DNA of 64,000 bases. Origin: Vicinamibacterales bacterium. Its GTDB lineage: Bacteria > Acidobacteriota > Vicinamibacteria > Vicinamibacterales > 2-12-FULL-66-21. The position numbers and the translations under genes are program-made. The stretch covers positions 24,242-88,241 of the forward strand of contig DASPXV010000059.1 in NCBI GenBank assembly GCA_035637115.1, read 5' to 3'. Position 1 is the stretch's first letter. Every line of letters begins with the position of its first letter. The notes below the pieces were generated by a model, which searched no databases, was not told the DNA's origin, and saw nothing but the letters and a program-made list of their open reading frames with translations. This document shows positions 10,020-18,468 of the stretch, piece after piece.

Positions 10020-10434
10020 AGGGTACGAGCTCTTCGAGGAGGATGCCAACGACGTCCTCCTGCGTAAGCTGCGCGATCGCGGCGCCTTCCCGAACGCTGC
10101 GCTCGACGCTGATGATGCGGCGCCCGCGGCCGCGCGTCGAATGAACCATCAGCGCCGGCATATCGCGAGCGGTGTCGAGCACGAGCTCGATGAACTCCTC
10201 CGCGGATCGCTCCGGCGACAGCCGCACGGCATCGCCGGGGGTGAGAACCTTGAAGCGGTGGCCTTCGCCTGTGAGCGCTGAGGCCATCGCATGGAACGCG
10301 GGCACGGCGATCGTCGGGAGGACTTCCTGCCACGCTCGCGACGCCTCGTCGGCGCGGGCGCGCCGGTCGGCCGCGCGGCGTTTCGCATCCTCGATGGCGC
10401 CGCGCAGCCGGCGCCTGACGTCGGAGACTTCCAT
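10006..10434 (-). CDS. Hypothetical protein
   Basis: ORF starting at MEVSDVRRRLRGAIEDAKRR..., with native codon bias. I recognise no family. The start is chosen to avoid overlap with ubiE. Confidence 0.45.
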   Translation of the reverse strand: MEVSDVRRRLRGAIEDAKRRAADRRARADEASRAWQEVLPTIAVPAFHAMASALTGEGHRFKVLTPGDAVRLSPERSAEEFIELVLDTARDMPALMVHSTRGRGRRIISVERSVREGAAIAQLTQEDVVGILLEELVPFIER

Positions 10435-10448
10435 CCGGCGATCGTACC

Positions 10449-11165
10449 CTAGTCCGCGCGCGGTCGCGAGCGCGCGACGTTGATCGCCATCAAGCCACCG
10501 AGCAGCGCCACGACGCGGCAACCCTCGAACCCGGAGTGCTCGAGCAGCGATGACACTGCGGCGGCGCCAGGATAGCGGGAAATCGATGCGGGAATGTACC
10601 GATACGTGTCCGCATTGCCATGAAGCAGCCAGCCGAGCGCTGAGCCGACGACATTCAGGTAGCCGAGGTAGACGGCGCGAACGATCGCATTCGACGGGCG
10701 ATCGAAGTCGAGAGATACAAACGTGCCGCCCGGTCGCAGCACGCGGTGGATTTCATTGATCGCGGGTTGAATCCTCGGGACGTTGCGAATGCCATAGCCG
10801 GCCGTGACGATGTCAAAGGCTGCGTCCGGGAATGGCAAAGACGTCATGTCGCCGGCAACGAACGGTACGCGGCCCTTCGAACGCGCGATCCGGAGCATCC
10901 GCAGCGTGATGTCGAGGCCCGTAACCTGTGCGCCGCAATCCGCGAGGGCGAAGGCGATGTCGCCGGTGCCGCACGCCAGGTCCAGCGCGCGCGATCCCTG
11001 CCGTACGTTCGCGAGATTGACGAGCCGTTTCTTCCACGAACGATCGCGGCCGAACGAGAGCAGCACGGTGATCAGGTCGTAGCGATCGGCAATGGTGTCG
11101 AACAGCCGTCGCACGTAGCGCGCCTTCGTCTCGGGCGAGGCGAGCGCACCGCGGAGATCCGTCAT
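10449..11165 (-). CDS. ubiE: UbiE/MenG-type quinone C-methyltransferase
   Basis: ...YVRRLFDTIADRYDLITVLLSFGRDRSWKKRL...LDLACGTGD...YGIRNVP...EIHRVLRPGG... The ATGA start-stop overlap is with the upstream cupredoxin gene. Confidence 0.8.
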   Translation of the reverse strand: MTDLRGALASPETKARYVRRLFDTIADRYDLITVLLSFGRDRSWKKRLVNLANVRQGSRALDLACGTGDIAFALADCGAQVTGLDITLRMLRIARSKGRVPFVAGDMTSLPFPDAAFDIVTAGYGIRNVPRIQPAINEIHRVLRPGGTFVSLDFDRPSNAIVRAVYLGYLNVVGSALGWLLHGNADTYRYIPASISRYPGAAAVSSLLEHSGFEGCRVVALLGGLMAINVARSRPRAD

Positions 11166-11527
11166 TCCACGGTTATCGTACCCTTCATCATCGACGCATG
11201 CGGCGTGCAGTTGTACTGTGCGCTGCCGCGGTCGGGTGCGCGAAACTCCACGGTCGCTTCGCCGCGTCCGGCCAGGACGGGGGTCGCGATACCCCAATCC
11301 GGAATCGTGAAATCGTGGCGCATGCCCGTGTCGGCGTTGCGAAACACGATGCGCACCGTTTCACCCGCGCGGACGCGAACCACTGGATTGGGTTCTGCGC
11401 TCCCGTCAGCGTAGAAGGTCATGTTGCGCGCGACCAGGCGTATCTCGCGTGGCTGCGGTCCTGACGACAGCGACAGCAGCAGGCACACGCAGGCAAGTTT
11501 GTCAGCCAACGAGCATCCCCGTTCCAT
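11162..11527 (-). CDS. Cupredoxin (type-1 copper-like) domain protein
   Basis: Signal-like ...KLACVCLLLSLSS, then ...RHDFTIPDW... and ...YNCTPHASMMKGTITVE, which gives a C-x2-H-x3/4-M copper-ligand pattern. An alternative in-frame TTG start lies at 11509. Confidence 0.65.
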   Translation of the reverse strand: MERGCSLADKLACVCLLLSLSSGPQPREIRLVARNMTFYADGSAEPNPVVRVRAGETVRIVFRNADTGMRHDFTIPDWGIATPVLAGRGEATVEFRAPDRGSAQYNCTPHASMMKGTITVE

Positions 11528-12683
11528 ACATCACGGCAAACCCGCCGAGGAGTCCGAGCATCACTGGCGCCGATGCAAATCGTGCGGAAGGCTCGCGCGA
11601 GATCTGCCGTGAGAGTTGATGGACGACCTGTGCAATCGCGCCGGCCCCGAGGCCCAGGCAGAACACCGCCGCGACCGGCGAATAGACGAAGCCGCCGAGC
11701 CATGCGCCGGCGATTGTCGGGGCGCCGCCTATCAGCCCGAGCTGCGCCAGGAATCGGATCGAAGGGCGCTCCTTCGCGATCGGCGACAGGATCGCGAGTC
11801 CTTCGGTCGTGTTGTGCAGCGTGAATCCGACGATCAGCAAGGTGCCGAGCGCCGCTTCCCCGAGCGCGAATGCCGCCCCGATGGCGAGTCCCTCGCCGAA
11901 GTTGTGCAGTCCTATGCCGATCGCGATCAGCAGCGCGAGTACTGCGCCCGAACCTGTCGCACCGCCGCTGCGTCGCGCCCGCGCACGTCGCAGCCACTGT
12001 CCTGTCGTTTCCAGACCCATGTATGCCGCGGCCGCGGCGCCCGCAAATAGCGCGACGCCCTGGTACGATTCCGCCAGCTGCGATGCACCGTCGAGCCCCT
12101 CCTGCACCGCGTCGATCAGCAGGAACCCAAGCAGCCCGATCGTTACGGCCAGCAGTACGTCGAGACCACCGCGTCCGAGTCGAGCCAGGACTGGGAACCA
12201 GCAGAGTCCGAGAGCGACCGGGAGCACGCCGACATACAGACCGACGACTGCAAAACTTCCCAGTTGCGCAGCAGTCAGCCGGGGGGTCTCGACCGCAACG
12301 GCGATCTCATGCTCGAACGTTGCCCCGGTGGACGTCAGGACCTTCACGAGATGGGCTTCACCCTCGACCCAGGGGTATGGCACGTGAATCGTGGTTCCGG
12401 CCAGGTGCCGCAGTGTCGGACCAGTGGTGCTCGTGAATGCCCAGTAGGCATCATCCACCGTGACCTGCGCGATGGTGACAGGGTCTGGACCGTCGTTGAG
12501 AACGGCGAGGCGGATGCCATCAGCTCCGAGCGAGGCGCGCGAAATCGTGAGCCGCTCCACGGGAGGCATCGCCGCCGGACGCAGTGTGTCGCCGGGTTGG
12601 AGCCTGACGATCGCCATGATGAGCAGGGCCAGGAGTACGAGTGGAACCGCTGCCCAGAACCAGACTGCAGGATTACGTTGCAC
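11502..12683 (-). CDS. ZIP-family divalent metal transporter with an N-terminal extracytoplasmic extension
   Basis: C-terminal half: ...GIGLHNFGEGLAIGAAF...GFTLHNTTEGLAI..., which are ZIP signature helices. The first ~130 aa form an extra domain following one TM helix. Confidence 0.8.
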   Translation of the reverse strand: MQRNPAVWFWAAVPLVLLALLIMAIVRLQPGDTLRPAAMPPVERLTISRASLGADGIRLAVLNDGPDPVTIAQVTVDDAYWAFTSTTGPTLRHLAGTTIHVPYPWVEGEAHLVKVLTSTGATFEHEIAVAVETPRLTAAQLGSFAVVGLYVGVLPVALGLCWFPVLARLGRGGLDVLLAVTIGLLGFLLIDAVQEGLDGASQLAESYQGVALFAGAAAAAYMGLETTGQWLRRARARRSGGATGSGAVLALLIAIGIGLHNFGEGLAIGAAFALGEAALGTLLIVGFTLHNTTEGLAILSPIAKERPSIRFLAQLGLIGGAPTIAGAWLGGFVYSPVAAVFCLGLGAGAIAQVVHQLSRQISREPSARFASAPVMLGLLGGFAVMYGTGMLVG

Positions 12684-13719
12684 GGCGTGCCTCCACGGCT
12701 TCGAACATGCCCATCCAACCCAGCTCGGCGAACTCGCTCTGGTGTGCGTGGAACATGAACTTTCCCGGGTAGCGGAAGCGGGTTTCGAGCACGGCGCGTT
12801 CTCCCTGGCAGAGCATCACCGTATCGGTTCGCTCGGTGGTCGCGAGCGAGGTCCCGGTTCGGAATACGTCGAAGAACATTCCATGCAGGTGCAGGCTGTT
12901 GACGAGATCGAACTCGGTCACGTTGACGACGTACATCCGTACGAGGGCGCCGACGTTCACGCGAATCGGCTCGGACATGAAGTGGTGCGCGACCGTGTTC
13001 ACGGCGTAGACCTCGTTCTCCGCGTCGAAGTTCGTGTCGAACGCGTTCATCACCATCACCAGTTCGTCGGCAGGAGGCCGCGGCGTTTTGGGATCCACGA
13101 TGAAGGCGCCATACAGCCCCTTGTGCATGTGGCGTTTCAAGGGAACGGCGTGGCAGTGATACAGGTGCATCCCGAACGGATCCGCATCGAACTCGTAGAC
13201 GAAGCTTCCTCCCGGCTGCACCTGGTGCTCCGGAAGCGAGCCGTCCATCTCGGGCGGATGCCAGCCGTGAAAATGGATCGTGTGAGGGTGCGAGCCGGCG
13301 TTCACGAACGTCACGCGCACCCGATCCCCTTCGGTCGCACGCAGCGTGGGTCCGGGCACCTGGCCGTTGAACGTCCAGGCAGGAAAAAAGATGCCCGGCG
13401 CGATTTCGATCTCCCGATCGGCCGCCACGAGCTGGTATTCACGGAGGCGAGTGCCGTCCGGACGCAGCGTCTCGCGATAGAATCGGCCGCGCTCCTCCTC
13501 GGGAAGGTGCCCGAAATTCCAGGAGCGCATGAACACGGAAGGATCGAAGGTCTCGGTCGAGACGCGGCCGACGGGCCCCATGGCATGTGCGGCATGCGCG
13601 CTGGCGTCGTAGGACCGTGCGGCCTGGCCGGATACCCGGGTTCCTGCCACGGCCGCGGTGCCCGCGGCGGCGCCCAACCCGGCGAGCTTCAGGAGAGAGC
13701 GGCGAGACAGGTTCGGCAT
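12673..13719 (-). CDS. Tat-exported two-domain multicopper oxidase (NirK/2dMCO-like)
   Basis: MPNLSRRSLLKLAGLGAAAG is a twin-arginine signal. Copper motifs are HPHTIHFHG, LYHCHAVPLKRHMHKGLYG and FMFHAHQSEF. Confidence 0.8.
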   Translation of the reverse strand: MPNLSRRSLLKLAGLGAAAGTAAVAGTRVSGQAARSYDASAHAAHAMGPVGRVSTETFDPSVFMRSWNFGHLPEEERGRFYRETLRPDGTRLREYQLVAADREIEIAPGIFFPAWTFNGQVPGPTLRATEGDRVRVTFVNAGSHPHTIHFHGWHPPEMDGSLPEHQVQPGGSFVYEFDADPFGMHLYHCHAVPLKRHMHKGLYGAFIVDPKTPRPPADELVMVMNAFDTNFDAENEVYAVNTVAHHFMSEPIRVNVGALVRMYVVNVTEFDLVNSLHLHGMFFDVFRTGTSLATTERTDTVMLCQGERAVLETRFRYPGKFMFHAHQSEFAELGWMGMFEAVEARRAT

Positions 13720-13738
13720 CTTTGATATCCTTCGATAG

Positions 13739-13776
13739 TAATAGTTTTGACAAATCAAAATACATAATTCTATTAT
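13739..13776 (+). promoter_or_regulatory. Sigma-70-like promoter with an overlapping palindromic operator in an AT-rich divergent spacer
   Basis: TTGACA (13747..13752), an 18-nt spacer, then TATTAT (13771..13776), with the ATG at 13787. A perfect palindrome TTTTGA-caaa-TCAAAA (13745..13760) overlaps the -35 element. An outer pair TAATAG/CTATTA is also present. Confidence 0.45.
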
Positions 13777-13786
13777 ACGAAGTCAA

Positions 13787-15238
13787 ATGGCGCTCCCCTC
13801 CCCGACTGTTGAGAACTACCTGAAGGCGATCTTCCAGGCGCAGCTGCACCTCGAACGACGGACCGGTCTCGTGCCGATGGGCCAGCTGGCTGCCGCCCTG
13901 GGCGTCGTGCCTGGAACGGCGACGACGATGGTGAAGACGCTGGCGGACTCGGGGCTGGCGAAGTACGAGCCCTACGCCGGCGTGCGCCTGACGCCTTCCG
14001 GCGAGAAGCTCGCGGCGCTGGTCGTGCGGCGTCACCGATTGATCGAGTTGTTCCTGGTAAAAGTGATGGGCATGAGCTGGACCGAGGTCCACGACGAAGC
14101 CGAACTGCTGGAGCACGCGGTGTCGGATCGGCTGATCGAGCGCATCGACGAAATGCTCGGCCGTCCGGAAGCAGATCCACACGGCGATCCGATTCCCGAC
14201 GCGGAGGGAGTACTCGAGCGGCGTCCGTTCGACACACTGCTCACATGCCCGTTGAATGCACCGGTGACGGTGCGGCGCGTGACCGATCAGGACCCGGAGT
14301 TCCTGCACTTCGTTGAACGCCGCGATCTGAAGCCGGGCGAGACCGTGGAAGTGATCGAGCGGGATGCGGCAGCGGACAGCGTGCGCGTGCGCGGCCGCAA
14401 AGAGCGCGCGATCACGATCGGCGCGCGTGCCGCGTCGAAGGTGCTCGTGCAACTGGCGACGGTCGCCACCATCGTTCTCGCGTTCGCGGCGGCCGGGTTC
14501 GCGCAAACGGTGGCGCCGCAGCCGGCAGCGCAACCGTTCCAGATTCTCGACAACTCATTCTTCGTCGAGGAAGCGTTCAACCAGGAGCGCGGGATCTTCC
14601 AGAATATTTTCGGCATGAGGCACGAGGGGGGGGACTGGCAGCTCACGTTTACGCAGGAGTGGCCGGCGCCGGCGCAGCGGCATCAGCTCTCCTACACGGT
14701 CGCGGCGGAATCCGTCGGGTCGAAGTCAGGCTTTGGCGATGTCTATCTGAACTACCGGTTCCAGGCGTTGGAGGAAGCCGGCGGACATCCCGCGTTCTCG
14801 CCGCGCGTCAGCGTCATCGTTCCATCGGGACGGCAGTCAACAGGCGCCGGCGAAGGCGGACTGCAGGTGAATCTCCCGTTCAGCAAGCAGCACGGCGACG
14901 TCTACTTTCACTGGAATGGCGGCTTCACGTGGCTGCCGCGCGGCGAGCGCGTCGATCTCGTCTCGCCTACGCTCGCCGGAAGCGCGATCTACCGACTCAG
15001 GCCGATGCTGAATCTGATGCTCGAGTCCGTCCTGGCGTTCGACGCCGATGAGACTTCACCCGGCATCGTCGAACGGACACGCGCGTTCACTCTGTCTCCG
15101 GGAGTGCGCGGCGGATGGAACGTGGCCAAGGACACGCAGCTGGTTCTTGGCGCGGCACTGCCGATCACACGCGTCAGTGGTGACGCGTCGGTCGGCGTGT
15201 TCGGGTACGTGTCGTACGAATTACCGTTCGTGAAGTGA
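13787..15238 (+). CDS. DtxR/MntR-family metal-dependent regulator (aa 1-221) read through, without a stop, into a signal peptide and a beta-barrel-like outer-membrane protein (aa 222-483)
   Basis: N-terminal part: ...TVENYLKAI...VRLTPSGEKLA...RRHRLIELFL...HDEAELLEH..., plus an SH3/FeoA-like tail. Then comes LATVATIVLAFAAAGFAQT and a segment with alternating beta-strand-like pattern ending ...GYVSYELPFVK. Confidence 0.7.
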   Translation: MALPSPTVENYLKAIFQAQLHLERRTGLVPMGQLAAALGVVPGTATTMVKTLADSGLAKYEPYAGVRLTPSGEKLAALVVRRHRLIELFLVKVMGMSWTEVHDEAELLEHAVSDRLIERIDEMLGRPEADPHGDPIPDAEGVLERRPFDTLLTCPLNAPVTVRRVTDQDPEFLHFVERRDLKPGETVEVIERDAAADSVRVRGRKERAITIGARAASKVLVQLATVATIVLAFAAAGFAQTVAPQPAAQPFQILDNSFFVEEAFNQERGIFQNIFGMRHEGGDWQLTFTQEWPAPAQRHQLSYTVAAESVGSKSGFGDVYLNYRFQALEEAGGHPAFSPRVSVIVPSGRQSTGAGEGGLQVNLPFSKQHGDVYFHWNGGFTWLPRGERVDLVSPTLAGSAIYRLRPMLNLMLESVLAFDADETSPGIVERTRAFTLSPGVRGGWNVAKDTQLVLGAALPITRVSGDASVGVFGYVSYELPFVK

Positions 15239-15631
15239 GTACGTCGCGACGGACGTCGGGGTTTCCCAGACTCTAACGGACTGAATGTCCACACCGAGCT
15301 CGCGCCCGTTGTCGAAAATCAGTTTCGCGATGCGCTCGACGGTGGGATTACTCTCGAGCAGGTACATCGGTTCGCCGAGCTTCCGCAGCGGCTCGACGAG
15401 CGGATCGTCCTGGCGCAGAATCATCTTGTGGTCGAGTTCGCGATCGATCCAGCCTTTGACGATCCGCTTGATGTCGCTGAAGTCGACCACCATGTTGCGA
15501 TTGTCGAGGCTGTCGGTCCGCACGTCGATTTCGACGGACGCATTGTGACCGTGCGGATGCTTGCACACGCCGTCATAGTCGAGCAGGCGGTGTCCGTAGC
15601 AGAACTCGATGCGCTTGGTCACGAGGTACAT
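15221..15631 (-). CDS. queD: 6-carboxy-5,6,7,8-tetrahydropterin synthase (QueD/PTPS family)
   Basis: MYLVTKRIEFCYGHRLLDY...CKHPHGHNASVEI...VVDFSDIK..., including the His/Cys catalytic motifs. Confidence 0.85.
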   Translation of the reverse strand: MYLVTKRIEFCYGHRLLDYDGVCKHPHGHNASVEIDVRTDSLDNRNMVVDFSDIKRIVKGWIDRELDHKMILRQDDPLVEPLRKLGEPMYLLESNPTVERIAKLIFDNGRELGVDIQSVRVWETPTSVATYSLHER

Positions 15632-16328
15632 GTCTCACGAGTATAAAGCCACCGGCGTGCTGTTTTCCGGCGGGCTCGACAGTGCAGTGCTCGCTGCACA
15701 AGCGGCACGTGAAGGTGCGGTGCGCACGCTGTACATCAGCGTCGGCTTCGCGTGGGAGGCGGAAGAACGCGCGATGGCCGCGCGGCTTTTCTCGCGGCCG
15801 CCGTTCGCCGGCCACGTCGATCCTCCGGTCGAACTCGCCTTCGATATGCGTGACGTCTTCCCGCCCGACTACTGGGCGGTCCGGGGTGTCGCGCCGGCAT
15901 TCGATACACCGGATGAAGACGTGTACCTCCATGGACGGAACATCATCCTGCTCTCGAAAGCCGCGGTATACATGGCGGCAGCGTTGTCGAAGCAGCACGT
16001 TCGCGTCATGCGGCTGCTGATGGGGCAGCTCGCCGGCAATCCCTTCCCTGATGCCACGCCGGCATTCCTCGCCGCCACAGCCACCTCGCTTTCGCTCGGA
16101 TTGTCGATGTCGATCGAGGTGGCGACGCCGTTCGCGTCGCTGAGCAAGGCGGATGTGATCCGTCGAGGCGTGGAGCTCGGCGTGCCGCTGGAGCTCACGC
16201 TGTCGTGCATGCAGCCACGCGGGGGATTGCACTGCGGCCGCTGCAGCAAATGCAGAGAGCGGCGCGACGCCTTCAGGCAGGCAGGTGTGATCGATCCGAC
16301 GCGGTACGAGAGCGCGCCGATCCGCTGA
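15630..16328 (+). CDS. queC: 7-cyano-7-deazaguanine synthase
   Basis: MSHEYKATGVLFSGGLDSAV is a PP-loop, and ...SCMQPRGGLHCGRCSKCRERRDAF is the zinc cluster. An alternative ATG start lies at 15609. Confidence 0.85.
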   Translation: MSHEYKATGVLFSGGLDSAVLAAQAAREGAVRTLYISVGFAWEAEERAMAARLFSRPPFAGHVDPPVELAFDMRDVFPPDYWAVRGVAPAFDTPDEDVYLHGRNIILLSKAAVYMAAALSKQHVRVMRLLMGQLAGNPFPDATPAFLAATATSLSLGLSMSIEVATPFASLSKADVIRRGVELGVPLELTLSCMQPRGGLHCGRCSKCRERRDAFRQAGVIDPTRYESAPIR

Positions 16329-16333
16329 GCGTG

Positions 16334-17221
16334 CTAACTGACCTTCAGGTGAATGCCGCCGTCGCCGGTCCGGATCGTGAGCGTCTTGCCTCCGGCACCG
16401 AGCGTGCCGCGCAGAGTACGGCGCTCTGATTCACTGTTCTCGTTCTGGATCTTCAGATCGTTTCTGATCGTTCCGTCGCCGGTATGCGCGTCGAGCTGCG
16501 CCCCGAAGTCTGTTGGCAGGTAGAGCACGATGCCACCGTCTCCGGTAACCAGCGACCAGTCTGCGTTCATCACGGTGCCCGGCTCCGCGCGAAACGTGAT
16601 CGCGCCGTCACCGGTGTGCAGCTTCACGCCGCCCAGTTTTCCAGCAACGCTGACGCTGCCGTCGCCGGTATCGATATTGACGTCTCCTTCGGCGTTGTCG
16701 ATGGTGACCGAGCCGTCGCCGGTCGCGATCGTCATCTGTCCCGCGACTTCGCTCGCGCGGATGCTGCCATCGCCGGTCCGCAGATCCAGCCGTCCGCGGA
16801 CGCGCTCGATACGGATTGCGCCGTCGCCACTCCGCGCCGTCACGTGACCGTCGCGCGGCATCGTGACAATCAGGCTCGCCGTGGGCGACATCCGACCGAT
16901 GCCCAGCAGCACCATGTCCTTCGGCGGGCGCTTCACTTCAATCTCGATGCGGTCCCCGTCTTGTTTCGTTTCGATCTTCAGCTCGTCGATCGCTTCCTGC
17001 GTCGGCCCGCGCTTCTCGATCTCGACGAGCACGGTCTTCGTGTCCGCGGAGCGGATCTGGATCGATCCGTCGAACGTCGTGAGCTTCAGCTCAGGCGTTC
17101 CTGTAATCGTGAAGCGCTTCTCATCGCGCGCGATGTGTCCCTGGGAGTCGACGACGACGCAGCCGCCCAACGCGAGCGGCAGGAGCGCTGCCGCGCAGAC
17201 AGCGGGGAGTACAGATTTCAT
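16334..17221 (-). CDS. DUF4097-like beta-strand-repeat lipoprotein
   Basis: The lipobox MKSVLPAVCAAALLPLALGGC is followed by many T/SGDG(S/A)(I/V) repeats. Confidence 0.7.
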   Translation of the reverse strand: MKSVLPAVCAAALLPLALGGCVVVDSQGHIARDEKRFTITGTPELKLTTFDGSIQIRSADTKTVLVEIEKRGPTQEAIDELKIETKQDGDRIEIEVKRPPKDMVLLGIGRMSPTASLIVTMPRDGHVTARSGDGAIRIERVRGRLDLRTGDGSIRASEVAGQMTIATGDGSVTIDNAEGDVNIDTGDGSVSVAGKLGGVKLHTGDGAITFRAEPGTVMNADWSLVTGDGGIVLYLPTDFGAQLDAHTGDGTIRNDLKIQNENSESERRTLRGTLGAGGKTLTIRTGDGGIHLKVS

Positions 17222-17229
17222 ACAGAGTC

Positions 17230-18468
17230 CTACGAAAAAGGGGGTTCTGGAGTTCTGAAGTTCTGCTTTCGTTCCCACGCGAGAGTGCCCGCGACCCAGG
17301 TTTGCACAACGTTCAGGTCGAGATCGAGGATGGCGAGGTCGGCCACGGCACCTGCGGCTACCACCCCGAAGCCCTGCAGCCCGAGTGCGCGGGCGGGCGT
17401 GGTCGCGCAGACGGTGGCGGCGTCGGACAAACTGAGGCCCACCTGCGAAACGAGCTTCGCAAAGGCGCGATCCATCGTCAGCGAGCTACCCGCGATGGTG
17501 CCGTCGTCCAGGTACGCGGCGTCGCGAATCGTGATCGGATAGCCGCCCAGCGTGACCCGCGAACCCTTAGGCAGTCCGGAGCCGGCGGTGCCATCGGTAA
17601 TGGCCATGATTCGCTCTGGTCGCTTCGCCGCGAGCGCGGCGCGCATCATCGCGGGATGCACGTGGACGCCGTCGCAGATCAGCTCCGCGACGACTTCGTC
17701 CGACTCGAGGACGGCTCCGGCGAGGCCGGGCACGCGGTGACCGAGCGCCGGCATCCGGTTGAACAGGTGCGTCGCCTGTCGCGCGCCAGCGCGAATTCCC
17801 GCCAGCGCCTGCTCGTAGGTCGCGCCGGAGTGCCCGAGCGACACGTGGTGGCCGTGCGACACGAGGTCGGCGATCAGTTCGAGCGCGCCATCGAGTTCCG
17901 GCGCGAGCGTGACGATCCCGACGTCAGGCCTTGCCGCGGCGATCTCGTCGAGGACTTCAGCGCCGGACCAGGTGCCCTCAGGCCGCAGTGTGACGCCTCG
18001 CAGACATGCGAGCGGCTGCGCCCCCTTGTATTCAGGATTGATGAAATTGCTCTCCAGGTGCGCGGGGAGCACGCGCGCGCCGCCGGGAGGGCGGGTCGTG
18101 CGCGCGAGGCGGACGCCGGCGAGCATCTGTCGCAGCGTCGCGGGATCGCAGGCGATTGACGTCGGACAGAACGCGGTCACACCGTAACGCGGCAAGCGTT
18201 CGGCCATCGTGGCGATCGCGCTGCCGCCATCGAGCGCGTCCGTGCCTTCGATGCCGTGCACGTGCACGTCGATGAAGCCAGGGACTATGTAGTGATCGGG
18301 GAAGTCGAGACTGAGAGTGTCCTCGGTGTAGTGGCTTCCGCCTTGAGGCGGAAGATCCTTAGCTTCAGACGAAAGGATTTCCGCGATTCGATCGCCCTCG
18401 AGAACGAGCGTTGCGCCGGCGAGCACGCGATCCGGCAGCACCAGGTCAGCGCCGGACAGGAGGATCAT
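17230..18468 (-). CDS. nagA: N-acetylglucosamine-6-phosphate deacetylase
   Basis: MILLSGADLVLPDRVL...PGFIDVHVHG...LGHSGATYEQ...HLFNRMP...DGVHVHP... There is an ATGA overlap with the ROK gene. Confidence 0.85.
   Translation of the reverse strand: MILLSGADLVLPDRVLAGATLVLEGDRIAEILSSEAKDLPPQGGSHYTEDTLSLDFPDHYIVPGFIDVHVHGIEGTDALDGGSAIATMAERLPRYGVTAFCPTSIACDPATLRQMLAGVRLARTTRPPGGARVLPAHLESNFINPEYKGAQPLACLRGVTLRPEGTWSGAEVLDEIAAARPDVGIVTLAPELDGALELIADLVSHGHHVSLGHSGATYEQALAGIRAGARQATHLFNRMPALGHRVPGLAGAVLESDEVVAELICDGVHVHPAMMRAALAAKRPERIMAITDGTAGSGLPKGSRVTLGGYPITIRDAAYLDDGTIAGSSLTMDRAFAKLVSQVGLSLSDAATVCATTPARALGLQGFGVVAAGAVADLAILDLDLNVVQTWVAGTLAWERKQNFRTPEPPFS

Noticed and set aside
12460-14533. 421-aa plus-strand and 364-aa minus-strand ORFs over the multicopper-oxidase and DtxR genes
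   Set aside because: These are shadow ORFs opposite genes with clear copper-site and DtxR motifs.
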